A DNA stretch of 64,000 bases from Ginglymostoma cirratum. Its lineage: Eukaryota. Within the stretch, counting starts at the first letter, position 1. Every line of letters starts with the position of its first letter. The translations under genes were made by a program, and so were the position numbers. A model generated the notes under the pieces. It did no database searches. It worked only from the letters and a program-made list of their open reading frames with translations, and was not told where the DNA came from. Location of the stretch: NCBI GenBank assembly GCA_024137785.1, contig JAHRHZ010000018.1, positions 34,105,819-34,169,818 on the forward strand, in the 5' to 3' direction. This document shows, one piece after another, positions 41,050-53,751 of the stretch.

Positions 41050-43620
41050 CATGCACGGCTCTGACAGAAGAATATAGCTGGCTAATAACATGGACAAGAC
41101 AGCAGTAAGTGGTCAGGGACTTGATAGAGTGAATATTGATGTAGCTTCTCTGCTAGAGATGACTGGCACCAGAATGCTGAAAGGAAAGGACCCCAAGTTC
41201 AACAAGCAAGGGAAGAGTTCAGAAGAAACACATGGGAAAGTGTAGGCTTTACCGTAAGGAACTTGCTACTCCCAATGACAGAAACCTCCACAAATGGTTC
41301 AGAATGTGTTCTTTCCATCGGCCTCTCAACTCAAGCAAGGCCATTAGCCTTATGAGTACTTACACGCCAATGTATGCTCTGCTACAGCAGTACCATGAGG
41401 AGCTTGGCACTGCTTTCACCAGAATCACTAAGTAAGAATATCATTACCTACTCAGGGATTTCAAATGTAAGAGCTATTGAGATCTGAGAAAGATAAATGA
41501 GAATGGACAGAGAATACTTGTGCTAAGCTGCTACCAATAGCTTTGTGTAACTCAAAGATTCTTTTCCACTAGGTGTCTGGAGATTTTGAAGTTCCAGGCA
41601 TCGGCACCAACTGGATCGGATTGCTAGATACGGTTATACAGATCACTCCCTGCTGTTCACCAGGGTTAGGGTGCAAGCCTTGATGATTCTCGTTGAAAGC
41701 TGAAATGCTGTCTCTGTATCTACATCATTGATACTGCCTACCTGGATAAAAAAAGCAACAATTCCTCAACTTGTTTGAATGTGGTATCTTCAAGCCTTCA
41801 CAAACAGAGTGAATAAGGGAAAAGAAAGATACTGGGGGACACCATCTACATTACCAGACACAAAACATGTAGGAAACAAGAATGGGAAACTGCTGGCTGT
41901 TTTGAGGTTAAAATCATTGAATTCAAGTGGTTTTTTTTCTTTTACTGTAAGAGAGGTCCAAGTAAGAAGACAGTGAATACATTAATAGCAGGTCAAATAG
42001 ACTGCTAGACAGCATGTCAATAACTGCAGCTTGCAACTTTGCCAGAATTTCCATATGTCCTTTGACACATGGAATACTAGAGACATACGAACGGATCAAA
42101 AAGGCAATAGGGCTATCAGCAAAAAAAATGAAAACATTGGAAACAAAGCCTGGGGAGATCATCACTGACTGCAGTAAACAGTTGGCGAGATGGTGCAACC
42201 CTGCCTTGAGTTGTACCCTAGGGAGAGCTCGATCATCAAGGAAGAATTTGACTCTACAGCATGCCTGCCTACCATAGAATATGATAATATCAAACCCACA
42301 ATGGGAGAGATTAGCAAAGCAATTGACTTGCTTGGCAAGGGCAAAGCTCCAGGTGCTGAAGATATACTACCAGAATTTATTGAGCATGGTAAACTGGTAA
42401 TCGGGCAGCATCTAAATGAACTGCTCTACCCGAGGGAGGGGCAGTGACTCAGAATATGCAGATTGTGACCTTGAACGTGACCAGGGTCAACTGCAACAGG
42501 TGCACCAAATATTGAGACATTGCCCTGCTGGGCACTGTGGGAAAGATATTAGCCTCTGCTGACCATGCTTCTGACTGCCTCCCAGTGTGGTTTCAGGGCT
42601 GGCAGATCTATAACTAATATGATATTCTGAGTCAGCAATGGTAAGAGAAAAATATGTGAAAAAAGAAGGTAGTGCTACAGTGTCTTTATTCGTCTTAGCA
42701 AGTCATTTAACTGTGAGAGGAGATGGTTTATTTAAACTGCTGGGAAAAATTGACCGCCTGTCAAATCTGCTCAATGCATTATCTTCTTTTCGTAACGGGT
42801 AAGGTCAGTTCGGACAGAGCAACATTACAAGCCTGTGACATCCACAGTGGGATTAAACAGATCTGATGTTCTTTGGCATATTCTACTCTTTGCTGCTATC
42901 GTATACTTTCGGGTCATCTACAGAGAATGTCATAACGGACAGAAAGCTAGTCATCCTTGCTCATTCGAGATCCTAGACAAAGGTGCACTAAGGCCTGCAC
43001 CACACTGCTAATGCTGCATTAGCATTCCTTAGTAAGACACACCTTCAGTGGCAAAAGGACAAATTCTCTCACACGTGTAAAGAGCTTGATTTGACCACCT
43101 GCATAATGACGAACATCATGGCCCAGCTTTTTGCCATACTGCCATTGATCAGCATTGCTAATGTGACTATGGAGGATGTCAATAGCTTCACATCTCCAGC
43201 CACCACAATCACCAGCTCTCTGCCATTTGGTGCTGAAATCAACACATGCATCACAAAAGCTTCAACTGAATAAGAGAGAGAGAATGGGACAATTGCAGCC
43301 TAATTGAGAACACCAAAACTAGGAGTTAGTATCCAGCATCCTAAGCACGCTCCTTTACAGCAGTAAGATCTGGACAATGTACACTAGGCAGGAGCAAAGG
43401 TTGAACAGTTTCCATCTTTGTCACCTCATATGTGTCCTCTGCACCTCATGGAAGGACAAGGTCACCAACTCATAGCTCCTGAAGTAGGCAAATTCAATTC
43501 ACATACACTGAGTGGTAAGCTACCAATGTCTGCACTAACTCAGCCAAGGTCACTGAATAAATGACAGCTGCATACCTAAAGACCATCTGTAAGGTGAACT
43601 GGCCACTGGTCCACTGGGCA
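41050..43620 (+). mobile_element. Decayed near-full-length RTE-clade LINE (APE endonuclease + RT)
   Basis: KTA...LDRVNIDVASL.E; YERIKKAIG...GEIITD.SKQLARW; PTMGEISKAIDLLGKGKAPGAEDI.PE; QCGFRAGRS.TNMI. Confidence 0.75.
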
Positions 43621-43884
43621 GCCATTCCTTCAATAACAATGGGGGAAAATAATCATGTGCTCTGGTCTTTCTATTGTTTCCAGGCTCCTTACTCCTCTCC
43701 TACCCCCACTTTAATCCTTCCCTTTACATCTTCCAGAATTGCAAATACTGTGAAGGTAATTTTTTTCCCCTTGAGCATTCTTCTTGAGATTTTTCTTAAG
43801 GGCTGCTTTTGATTTCAGGAGCTTCTTTTTCATTCTCACTAACTTGATGCAATCACTTAATAACATGAACTTCTGTATTCATGC

Positions 43885-44750
43885 GTTGCTGAAAAAAGAC
43901 CTATTTTGTTGAAACTTTTCTTCTTATACACATCAGGACAATTCACAAGAATACCAATCCAACAGAAAAAAAGACATTTATATTATATGACAAGCGAGTC
44001 CTGATTGTTTGGCAAGGGGACTCTGATTGGTAGAGACATTGCCATGGAGAACACACCTGTGAATTCTGATTTAGAGAAAACTGTGAGGCTTTGTTTTAAT
44101 TTTAAACCAGGCAGATGAGCTTTGGCTAGTCAGATCATTGCCCTGAAAAATGAACCAGTGATTGGCTGTCACTGATTTTGTTAAATTGAAACAGGCACAG
44201 TGTGTGTACCAGCTCTTTCTGTCTATAAGGAGCAAAACCCACCCTATTAATATATGTACCTCTGGTAAATGCACTTTTACCACACTGTGATCCTGACTGA
44301 TATCCAAAACTATGAGGACAGACCAGGACCTGAGGGCATAGCTTCAAAGTGAAGGGGTCACTTTTTAGAACAGAGATGAGGAAGGACTTTTTCAGTCAGG
44401 GAGGGGTGAATCTGTGGAATTTATTGTTGTGGAAGGCTATGGAGGTCAAGTCATTGTGTGTATACAAGACAGAGATGGATAGGCTCTTGATTAGTAAGGG
44501 ATCAAAGGTTATGGGAGAAGGCATGAGAATGGTAAGGAGAAACATATCAGCCATGATTGAATGGTGGAGAAGACTCAATGGGCTGAATGGCCAAATTCTA
44601 TTCCTATATATTATGGTAATATGGCTGTTAATATAATTCCTTGTGCACTCAGAATTATCTAGCAAATGTTGTCCAATTGCAGAATGACACAATGTTGAAA
44701 GTTTTGCAAGCACAGGCTGGGTGAGTACAGTCAATGCCTCATTTGTCACA
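43885..44750 (-). mobile_element. Old second Penelope-like family 3' end (GIY-YIG C-terminus plus decayed hammerhead at ~43906-43941), interrupted by a CR1 fragment
   Basis: Minus frames give SAIGQHLLDNSEC..Y and TYI...RQKELVHTLCLF; downstream tgtcCTGATGtgtataagaaGAAAagttTCaaca resembles a decayed type I hammerhead. Confidence 0.6.
44310..44625 (+). mobile_element. CR1 LINE 3' fragment
   Basis: FRTEMRKDFFSQGGVNLWNLL...KTEMDRLLISKG followed by a typical 3' UTR. Confidence 0.85.
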
Positions 44751-44971
44751 AATGGAAGAAGGAATATGCTGTTTGATAATACTCTGTCAGTCTTTGGAAT
44801 AGATGGTCCACAGACATGGCATCACACTGGCAATGAAATTTATATACCATATTATTCAATTGTGTGTAATCTAATTAGGGTAGCTATTATCCAACAGTAT
44901 GGCTTTGATGCACCTTTGTTCAGTATATCTCACTTCATTGTTTTAAGAGAGGGAAGACTCCACAATTGGAT

Positions 44972-45297
44972 GGGGGAGGTGATGGCCTAGTGGTATCACT
45001 AGACTATTAGTCCAGTGACTCAGGTAATGTTCTGGGGAGCCACGTTTGAATCCCACCATCGCAGATGGTGGAACTTGAATTCAATAAGATGCTGGAGTTA
45101 AGCATTTAATGTTAACAATGACACCATTTGGTTCACTAATGCCCTTTAGAGAAGGTAACTGCAATCCTTACCTGGTCTGGCCTACGTGTGACTCCAGACC
45201 CATAACAACACTGCAGACATTTAACTGCCCTCTATGCAATTAAGGAGAGGCAATAAATGCTGGCCTAGCTAGCAACACCCATATCCTGTGAATGAAT
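44972..45297 (+). mobile_element. tRNA-derived SINE, full length
   Basis: gggggaggtgaTGGCCTAGTGG...GTTTGAATCCcacc...ggcaataaatgctggcc...tgtgaatgaat. Confidence 0.85.
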
Positions 45298-46429
45298 TTT
45301 GAAAAACATTTGCCTCCAAGCCCCATTCCAGCATCCTGACTTGAAACTTGGAACAATATCACTGTTTCATCATTGCTGCTGGCTGAAAATGCTAGAACTC
45401 CTTCTCTAACAGCACTGTGAGTATACCTGCAGTCTAAGGTTTGCGGTAAGTGAATGTTCTCATACAGTGCCAGTTTCTCACAAATATCTCAGCCTGAAAG
45501 CAGAGTTCAGAATCCCATTGGGAGATTCCCCTAGTGACACTCATGATCCAATCCTTAATATTTACATTCATCTTCATAGTAAGCACACACCCTTTACTAG
45601 TAAGACAAGGAACAACCTTACGAAAAGGAACACCATGTACTTTTTCAAACCCACTCAATATTTCTTATATTATAACACATTTTACTTTTACTCATTTAAC
45701 GTTCAATCTGCTTCAGACTACACTTCCCAAACTTTGTTTCACTGTAATCCCAGACAGAGGCATGAAAATTGCCACAACCCCTCAGTGAAAGTGGAGAGAA
45801 AGAGGGCTGGCTGGAGAAAGTGTATGGCTGTTGGAACTTAGTCGAAGCTCCAAGGCAGCTATTAGTGCTTCAGGTCACACAACCCCAAAATTTTAGCTTA
45901 TGAACCAATTAGAAACACTCTATCCCTCATTCTGGAAAGCCCTGGCTTAAGATGCACTGTAAGAAGTATTGCTGCTTGTAGTCTTTAACAATTAAAACCT
46001 GACAACTTCCCTTCACCTGAAAGAAAAATGTTAAAGTTCAAACTTATTTTGAGCACATTAAATAAACACGAAAATTAAAGGGTACAGTTTAGGAAAAAAA
46101 ACTCTGCCATATGTCGGCAAGTTTTGAAAGTTAATTAGATAATGTTTTCTTGGAAAGAAAACTGCACCATTTCACTTATCTCAGCAGTAAAACAGACAAA
46201 ATGTTTATTCCATTTGTCACAGCACACTGACACTGGTCATCTGGAATGCTCTACGCTATTTGTTTTTCTCCACATGTAACTGTTCTTATTGAACGAACAA
46301 TTGAAAACACAGAGAATATGTTTTACGTAAGAATGAAAAATCATTTAAAATAATGCATGATTAAAACCAGAGAACCTAATTGGGATGCATATTTCAATCA
46401 TTTTACCTGCAATAAACTCCTTTTGTGGC

Positions 46430-46742
46430 ATGACAGGCATCATTGACAAGACCAGCATGCATTGCTCATTCCAAATTATCACTGAACTAATTGACTTGTT
46501 AGACATTTGAGGGCAGTCAAAAGTCAATAATATTGCAATGGATCTAGAGCCACATATAGATCAGAATGGATGAGGATGGTAGATTTCCTTCTCTAAAGGA
46601 CAACTGATGATATGGTCATTAGTATTTATAATTCCTGAATTATCAATCGAATTTAGGCTCCTCCAGCTGTTGTGGTGGGATTAAATCCCATGTCCCAGAG
46701 CACTAGCTTAGCCCAGTGACGTTACCACTATGCCAACATCTC
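46430..46742 (-). mobile_element. Decayed copy of the same SINE
   Basis: Homology to the 2782-3121 body and head. Confidence 0.65.
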
Positions 46743-47344
46743 TGCCAAGTTTGGTGGTGATGAGGAACCTGATCCAAAGTCCTATACTGCTTTTATGTAG
46801 TGAGGCATTGTCTCAGCTCACCTCATACTTTTTCAGTTTCTACATGTTACATGCTGGCAAGAGTTGACGTGTTCCAGGACCCGAGAGAAATCATGGACTC
46901 AGGTGCTTCTCCTGTTTCTGTCCCATTTCAACATGACACAATTTACAACCATGGCTTTGTCAGACAATTGGACACAACTTGGTTGTTTGTATTATGCAAC
47001 CAGCTCTACATTTTGGAATTAGATCCTACACAATATCCAGACAGCACCAATATCAAACAGGTTTGAGCCTCACAAGCACAACAAGCAACAATCCTCTCTA
47101 CAAATGTAAAAATGTCAAACCAGCAGTGACATATTATGTTGGCATGTAACACCTGGTTTTACTTCCAAGTTTAAAAAATGGCAAAACCTTCCAGTATATT
47201 AGCACCATCAAATTTGTTATTTTTATTCACACAAGCGGGCTTTGTTAACAGAAATATTGCATATTGCACTGAATGATGAATATTTTCTCATTTTAAGTAG
47301 GAGCAAGCTGTACTTATATATGCCCAGCAGGGAGAATATAACAG

Positions 47345-47550
47345 AAAAACAAAACACTATAAATGCTGGAAATCTGAAGAGAAAATGCTGAAAATGTTCA
47401 GCAGGCCAGGCAGGAGTAGTAGAGAGAGAAAAAGAGAGTTAATGCTTGAGGTTCATGATCTGCACTCGCTCAGATGAAAGGTCATTGACCTCTATTTGTC
47501 TCTCTGCACAGATGTTGCCAGATGTGCTCAGCATTTCCAACACTTCCCAC
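47345..47550. mobile_element. Older decayed head-to-head pair of subfamily A units
   Basis: Minus unit ~47345-47460 and plus unit ~47468-47550 (cagatgaaaggtcattgacct...cacagatgttgccagatgtgctcagcatttcca). Confidence 0.6.
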
Positions 47551-48330
47551 TTCTACTCGCTTTTGCGAGCCCTTCAAAAAAAATCAATAAGACTTATTGT
47601 GTGTCTCTCATTCCCCTTCAGCAAGAAACCCAGCAGCAGCTGCCTGCAATCTGGTTTGGCACAACATTAAACACGAATTTCAAAAGACAAATGTTCAGGT
47701 AGGCAAAAAAAAAACCACACACAACCTGCTGAGGCAAAATCATTCATTGTCAAATGAGTGATTAATAAAAATGATCATTAAAATGCAAAGCAGGATAGTT
47801 AACCAATAAAACTTCTGGGCTTTAGCACTTGAGAAGCAAGGTAGAGGGAGACAGATCAGCCCCTAAGACGTGGTTAACATGAGAGGAGGAGGGGGCTGGA
47901 GAAGATATAGAGTTGAGTTTAACTAACAATGAGCCTGTACTCACCTCCGGTGCCTCAGGCTTTAAACTAGTCTTGATGTAATACATATGAAGGTGGGGTT
48001 CAGCTGTAGGTGGCCTTTCAGCCTGGGTTTCCCTCCTCTCCCTGCTTGATGTGTATGTGGATAGGTTTTTGGGAAGGGAGGAGGGTACATACCCCCGAAC
48101 CAAGCAGCCGGTGTATGCCTGTACGTGTGTGCCCAATTCACAACCACTCTCAGGGTTCTGTCTCATCTATTCTCTCACCCTGCTCACTCTTCTCTTAATC
48201 TCATTCAGTCAGTGTCTCCCACACCCACTTACTTACTTACTCTCTTAGTCACACTCACCTACACTTTCCCACACTCACTCACTAACACTCACATTCACTC
48301 CGTCACTCACACCCAGTTATTTCCATACTC

Positions 48331-48441
48331 GAGATAACAAGCATGGGGCTGGATGAACACAGCAGGTCAAGCAGCATCATAGGAGCAGGAAAACTTGACG
48401 TTTCGGGCCTAAACCCTTCATCAGAAATGGACCATCAGAAA
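48331..48441 (-). mobile_element. Short hammerhead-bearing retro-insert (subfamily B) with 13 bp TSD
   Basis: TSD tatttccatactc at 48318-48330 and 48442-48454. Minus strand reads ..ttCTGATGA-A-GGGT(TTAG)GCCC-GAAACGTC-aagttttcctgctcctatgatgctgc...gttatctc. Confidence 0.85.
48392..48429 (-). ncRNA. Minimal hammerhead with intact core, same sense as TGFB2 intron 1
   Basis: CUGAUGA at 48424-48418 and GAAACGUC at 48404-48397; 4 bp stem II; weak 4 bp stem I (AUUU/AAGU). Confidence 0.75.
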
Positions 48442-50329
48442 TATTTCCATACTCTCTCTCTTTCACACTTGCCAACTTATTCACACTCTCACACTCACTG
48501 TCTCACTTACCCTCACCAGCCAGGGAAAACTGAAATCAGAAGAAAACATATAAACATCAAACCTTCAGAAGAATATTCAGAACCAGACACAGAGGAGGAA
48601 GTATTGGAGGAGGAAGTAGACAAGGACCGTGTGGTAAAATCTCTAAACCCTGCACCTACACATTCTGACTGGAGATTCGAGAACATGGAACTAGAATCTG
48701 TCGCCACCACTGGAATTTCACATTGCGTTGATAATGCCCCAGCTTACAGTCCTGATCATAGACAAAACCAGAAATATAGACTCCCATAAGATATCAGAGG
48801 GAGGACCTCAGATCGGAAATATCAGTTAGGAAGCTGGCGGAGTGGTGAGGGCAGAGGTGCTGTGTTGGGGTGTGGGGTAGAAGCCATGTCATACATAACT
48901 GCATGGGTGAGGCAGGAGGTTTGGTTGAGAAGCAGACCCCAGGGGTGGGTTGGTGGCAAGTCAGGGAGCTTGAGGGGTGATGAAGGATCCATCAGCCATG
49001 ATTCCCCACGTGACGAGTAAGAGGGAGGGAGGTCTGATGCTGAAAAGATGCCCTGGATTTTGGATTTTGGTGGAGGTGAAGTTGTCATCATCAGCCAATA
49101 GCATCATGCATGAGCAGGTAAGTGGTCAGGATATTAGATCATCCAAATGGTTTGATTTAGGTAGGACAGGACCACACACACCAGTAAGGCAGATGGCCGA
49201 GAAAGGCCTTCAGGCTAGAGGTGTGCAGCACCAGCAGATTTACTTCTGTTCATTCAACTTGTGCTCAGGAGCCTCCACTTCCAAGCAGGTCCAACAAATA
49301 ATCCACCACGTGTCACACACGGAAGGGAAAGAAAGGAAGGAGATCACTGACTGGGGAATCTGATGTATCTCATTGGCTCAGTGATAGTTGTTCTTCAGAC
49401 CCCAGCAAACATCAGCCGATTAGCCTGTCAACTGGCATGGTTTACATTCCAGATTAACTGCTTTGGACACAGACCATCCAATTTAGCAAGCTAGATGGTC
49501 AATGAGCCCAAGCCTTTTAGACACACAGGCTCAGTGATTGTCACTGTCTGCAGTCTGCCCCCAGGCCCTGAACTACTTTTAGTACCTTTGGTCATGTCAT
49601 TTGACCTGTCACTTGTAGGGGTGCAACACCTGGCTGAAGTGACCTGCTCTCAGTTTTTCCTTCATTATGGTGGCAAAGATGTCGGATGACTGCACTGCAC
49701 CTTTCCTTCTTGGCACTGTTAAAAGTGTTACTTATTCTGCAGAGAACTGCATATCTGCTGTACCATGCTGAACCCATTAATCATTAAGTGCTACACTCAG
49801 CACATCAGCTTTTCTTCACACTCTGTCAAAGCTTGGCTAAAACACTCTTATCAAAGATAGACAAGTATGAAAGGGGGCTAAAGACTGCTGTTTAGAACAG
49901 ATGGCACTCTGAATCGTGGGTTTGAGAGACTGGAAAAGACATGGTGGGAATGAAGCAATGAAGGTGAGAGCAAGACCATTCTGAAGAAATCAATATAAAC
50001 GTCAAAACCTGTACATTGCAGTGAAGTAGAAGCATTCCTCAATCAAAGGCATGGTAGTGAGTGTCATTTTCTATCTCCTTTAAACTTATAAAAACAAAAT
50101 ATTATTGCAGAGAATTATAAAGAATGGGGAATCTCAAGTAATTAATTGGTAAGTTAAATCAAATACAATAGTGATATAGCAGGGCGGGTGATGTGTTGCT
50201 GCTGCAGCATGTGGAAGCTGCTGGACACCAATGTGATCTAAAGTGGACACATCTGCAGTAGCAGTTACAAGATTCTTGCAAGTTGAGCAGGTGAGTGTGA
50301 GAATTGCAAGGAGGATGAGCAAACTGACC

Positions 50330-51160
50330 ACAGCATCATGATACAGGGAATCATTCAAGGGGGGGAAAGCCACTTGAATCGGAATGTAGTTATGGTTGGA
50401 TACAGTATAATAGGTTATTAGATATAGTTCTTTGCAGTTATCAGCAAGAGTCCTGAAGACTATGTTGCCTGCCCAGGTTAAGGACATCTTCTCGGACAGG
50501 AGAGGTACTTGGACTGGAAGGAGAAGGATCTAGATGTCATTGACAACAATGGTACCAACAGCACTGGTGGATAATTTTTGTCCCCTTATCTAAGGAAAGG
50601 CATTGGAGGCAGTCCAGGGAAGGTTCACTTGTTTGATACTGGATACAGAGGGATTGTCTTAAACTTGATGGGCTGAAAGGCATTTTCTTAGCAGTAGACC
50701 TGTATGCCTCAATGAGAGATTGAGTGGATTGGGCCTGTACTTGTTAGAACATAGAAGAATGAGAGGTGACCTGGTTGAAACATACAAGATGCTTAGGGGA
50801 CTCGACAGGTTAGATATGGAAAGGTTGTTTCCTCTTGTGTGAGATTCTAGGAGCAGACAGAATAACCTCAGAATAAGGGGTCATGCATTTCTCAGAGAGA
50901 TGAGGAGGAATTTCTTCTCTCAGAAGGTTGTAAATATGCAAAATTCTTTACTGCAGAGAACTGTTGATACTGGGTCATTAAGTATATTCAAGGTTGAGAC
51001 AGACAAATTTTTAATTAGTAAGGGAATCAAGGGTTATTGGGAAAAGGGAGCAAAATGGAGTTGACTGTTATCAGATCAGCCATGATCCCATTGAATGGAA
51101 GAACAGACTTGACAGGCTGAATGGCCTACCACTGCTTTCATGTTTTACAGTTTTATGGTG
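50330..51160 (+). mobile_element. CR1 remnant: ORF1 SGNH-esterase-like piece (~50330-50560) next to an ORF2 3' end (~50570-51160)
   Basis: Decayed VVMVG.SI..., CCLP...DI and GTN motifs, then the CR1 3' end (gagaggtgacctggttgaaacatacaag...tcagccatgatc). Confidence 0.65.
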
Positions 51161-53631
51161 TTATAGTGTCAAGGCAGCATCTAACATCAGTTAACTCATT
51201 AAGCTCCCCCAATTTTTCAGTACATGGAACTCTGTATTTTTAATACATGTACAAATATTTTCCAGATTACTAAGTTTCAGATTGAATGTAATTGGAAGAG
51301 TCCCAGAGATATGTCTATCAATTCTCCTAAAGCTGATACATGCGGTCAGTGATATAACATAGATTAAGGACATTCTTCAATAGATATTATTATCTGGCTG
51401 TAGCTAACTCATTCAAAATCATCTCCTCACTGACAAAACTTGAAAATATCAGAACAATGTTCCATAAACTACATTTGCATATCAGTAACAGCATGTGATA
51501 AATTAGCAAATGATTAAAAATTTCCCTGAATAGAAGGCTTTTCAGTTGCGGTCACTGGCCTTCCTGAATTAGTTCGGCTACATAAGTACACTTTGAAATG
51601 ACTCCTGCAGAACTATATTTAAAAAAGTGCAAACAAGTAAGCTGTCAGTTAAGCAGTATTACTGTCTAAAACCTATTACTGTAGATTATAAAACGCAGTC
51701 AGCAATACCAATTTATGTATTGCACTGTGCGCGGCTGAAAGTCATACTGGCCCAACAGGAAAGAGCACTGAACATGTACATTTCCACACATGCATAGAGC
51801 TCCACTCCCTGGTATGATTTTTGTTAGGAGACTGAGCTTAAGTGTCCAATTGCTCGTAACTTCAGAAAGATTCAATGCTCAGATGATAAAGTGCTCAGAT
51901 GGTGCAACAGACTACTTGAACATATATTAAATACAAACAAAACTGTGTATCTTCAACTTAATTTTTTTAGGAGAAAAAGACTGTTAGGATAGTTCCAACT
52001 TTTGAGTCACATAAAAAATTTGATCTAAAGATCATTCACTGAGATATTTCAGATAGTTGTTTAATTATGTTGAAATACCGCCAGTTGTTGCTTATAAGGA
52101 TTTCATGAGGGTGGCGGTGGGGGAGGGTGTGCAGCGAGGGAAACATTTTTTAAAAAATGTTTCCTTGTCTAAATGCATTTTTGACACTAAAATGAGGTTC
52201 AGGATATCATCTGTTTTGGGGCGTTTTAAAAAATAAAAACCCTCAAAGATAGTTGCATATTTTTGATAACAGGCAGCAGCAATCAGAAATATCATCTGTA
52301 ATCAAGTTTTCTGCCTAAAGCAACCACTGCAATAATCAAATCATTCAATAAAATGGCATTCATAGATTGGATCTAAGCCTGCTTCCACAAGCCAGCAAAT
52401 GTTTTCATTGCTGCTGTCAACTGTGTGATACTGTGCTTTTTAACAAAAAAAAATTTGGACAAGAATGCCATACAGCATTGCAACCTTGCACAGAAAACTT
52501 GAAGACTGCTTACGCTTGTAAATGCAGCCCTTGTTTAATTGATGTTTTTCCTAATTTTATTTTAATTATGATTTATTTATAGTGACTAATTTAATGAAAT
52601 TATGTTTTTATTCTGTGGGATTCCAGAACTTCTTATCTATATGTTTTGAAATTTCAACCCAGCACTTTCTTCATCTATAATTTGGATGACTAGTTTGCAA
52701 AGATTGAAGTCATTCTTTGTTTATATTACATGAGATTCTGGGAATCTTACCAGAGTTTTAGGATATTTCATAAATCCTTCTGTGAAAATCATAATCCAGT
52801 GGCATTTTAGGAATTTACACTCGAGTTACAGAAATGATATTCTAAATAAGAAGAAATAAAATTTTTTTTTTTTTCAAATCTGAGAAATTATTTAGCATCA
52901 TTTGTCTAGTAAAGTACAAATATATGATAAATTATTGGGTTTTGAAGCAGCATCTATAAATCAGGGAATATTCTCTATCTTGTGTACAGTACATCAGCTG
53001 GAAGCTGCCAGACACAACTGTTGACTAAAATGTTAAAAATTTCTCCAGAGCCAAATAATAATGAGGAAAAAAAAGTGAGGAAAATGAGTTGGAAGAAGGT
53101 TCACATGATGGAATGATGGCCTGGAATTTCCTGGAAAGTTTCAGTGAAATTATATTGTAAAATTGGAATTGTGCCAGATTTTTCCAAGAAAATTTGTATG
53201 TAGCTGATTAGCGCTAGTTTACCACTGATACATCTCAAAGTGCAAATTGCCTCCATTACTTGCAACACTTCTGAGATAGCGCTGCCAAAACACTCTGCTG
53301 CTTATTTACATCTCTCCATCCCATGCAAAACACCAAGCCTCACACAGAATTATATCAGCGCAGAAGGAGACCATTTGGCCGAGAGTCCATGCCCTCTGTG
53401 CAATGAACCAGTCAGTCCCATTACCCTGTTCTATAGGTGCAGCCCTGTAACATCACTGCATTCAAATGCCTATCCAACGTCCTTCTGAAAGCACTTATCA
53501 TCTCTGCTTCCAACACCATTATGAGCAACAAATTCATGGTCAGTATCATTCGCTGCATTAAAAAAAAAATTCCTTATCATGTACTAGTCGCACTCATACC
53601 TAAAATTCCTCATGTCCGGTATCACTCCATT

Positions 53632-53751
53632 TTTCTGAAGAAGGGTCCTAACCCAAACCGTCAACTTTCCTGCTTCTCTGATTCTGCCTGGCCTGCTGTG
53701 TTCCTCCAGCTCCACACTGTTATCTCTGACTCCAGCATCTGCAATTCTTGC
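53632..53751 (+). mobile_element. Short hammerhead-derived insert (subfamily B, with 3' tail) with 12 bp TSD
   Basis: TSD tatcactccatt at 53620-53631 and 53752-53763. Reads CTGAAGA-AGGGT(CCTA)ACCC-aaacCGTC (GAAA box mutated); body homologous to 48331-48441. Confidence 0.8.

Larger units (their letters stand above)
48170..48520. repeat. (ACTC/CACT)-rich low-complexity tract, interrupted by a hammerhead element
   Basis: Repeated cactcact/cactcac motifs on both sides of the 48331-48441 insert. Confidence 0.6.

Noticed and set aside
44972-45060. tRNA-like sequence
   Set aside because: It is the head of a multi-copy SINE with mutated boxes and a SINE body; not a tRNA gene.
48343-48789. 148 aa ORF with an acidic stretch
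   Set aside because: It spans a hammerhead insert, an ACTC low-complexity tract and unrelated sequence; no coherent protein.
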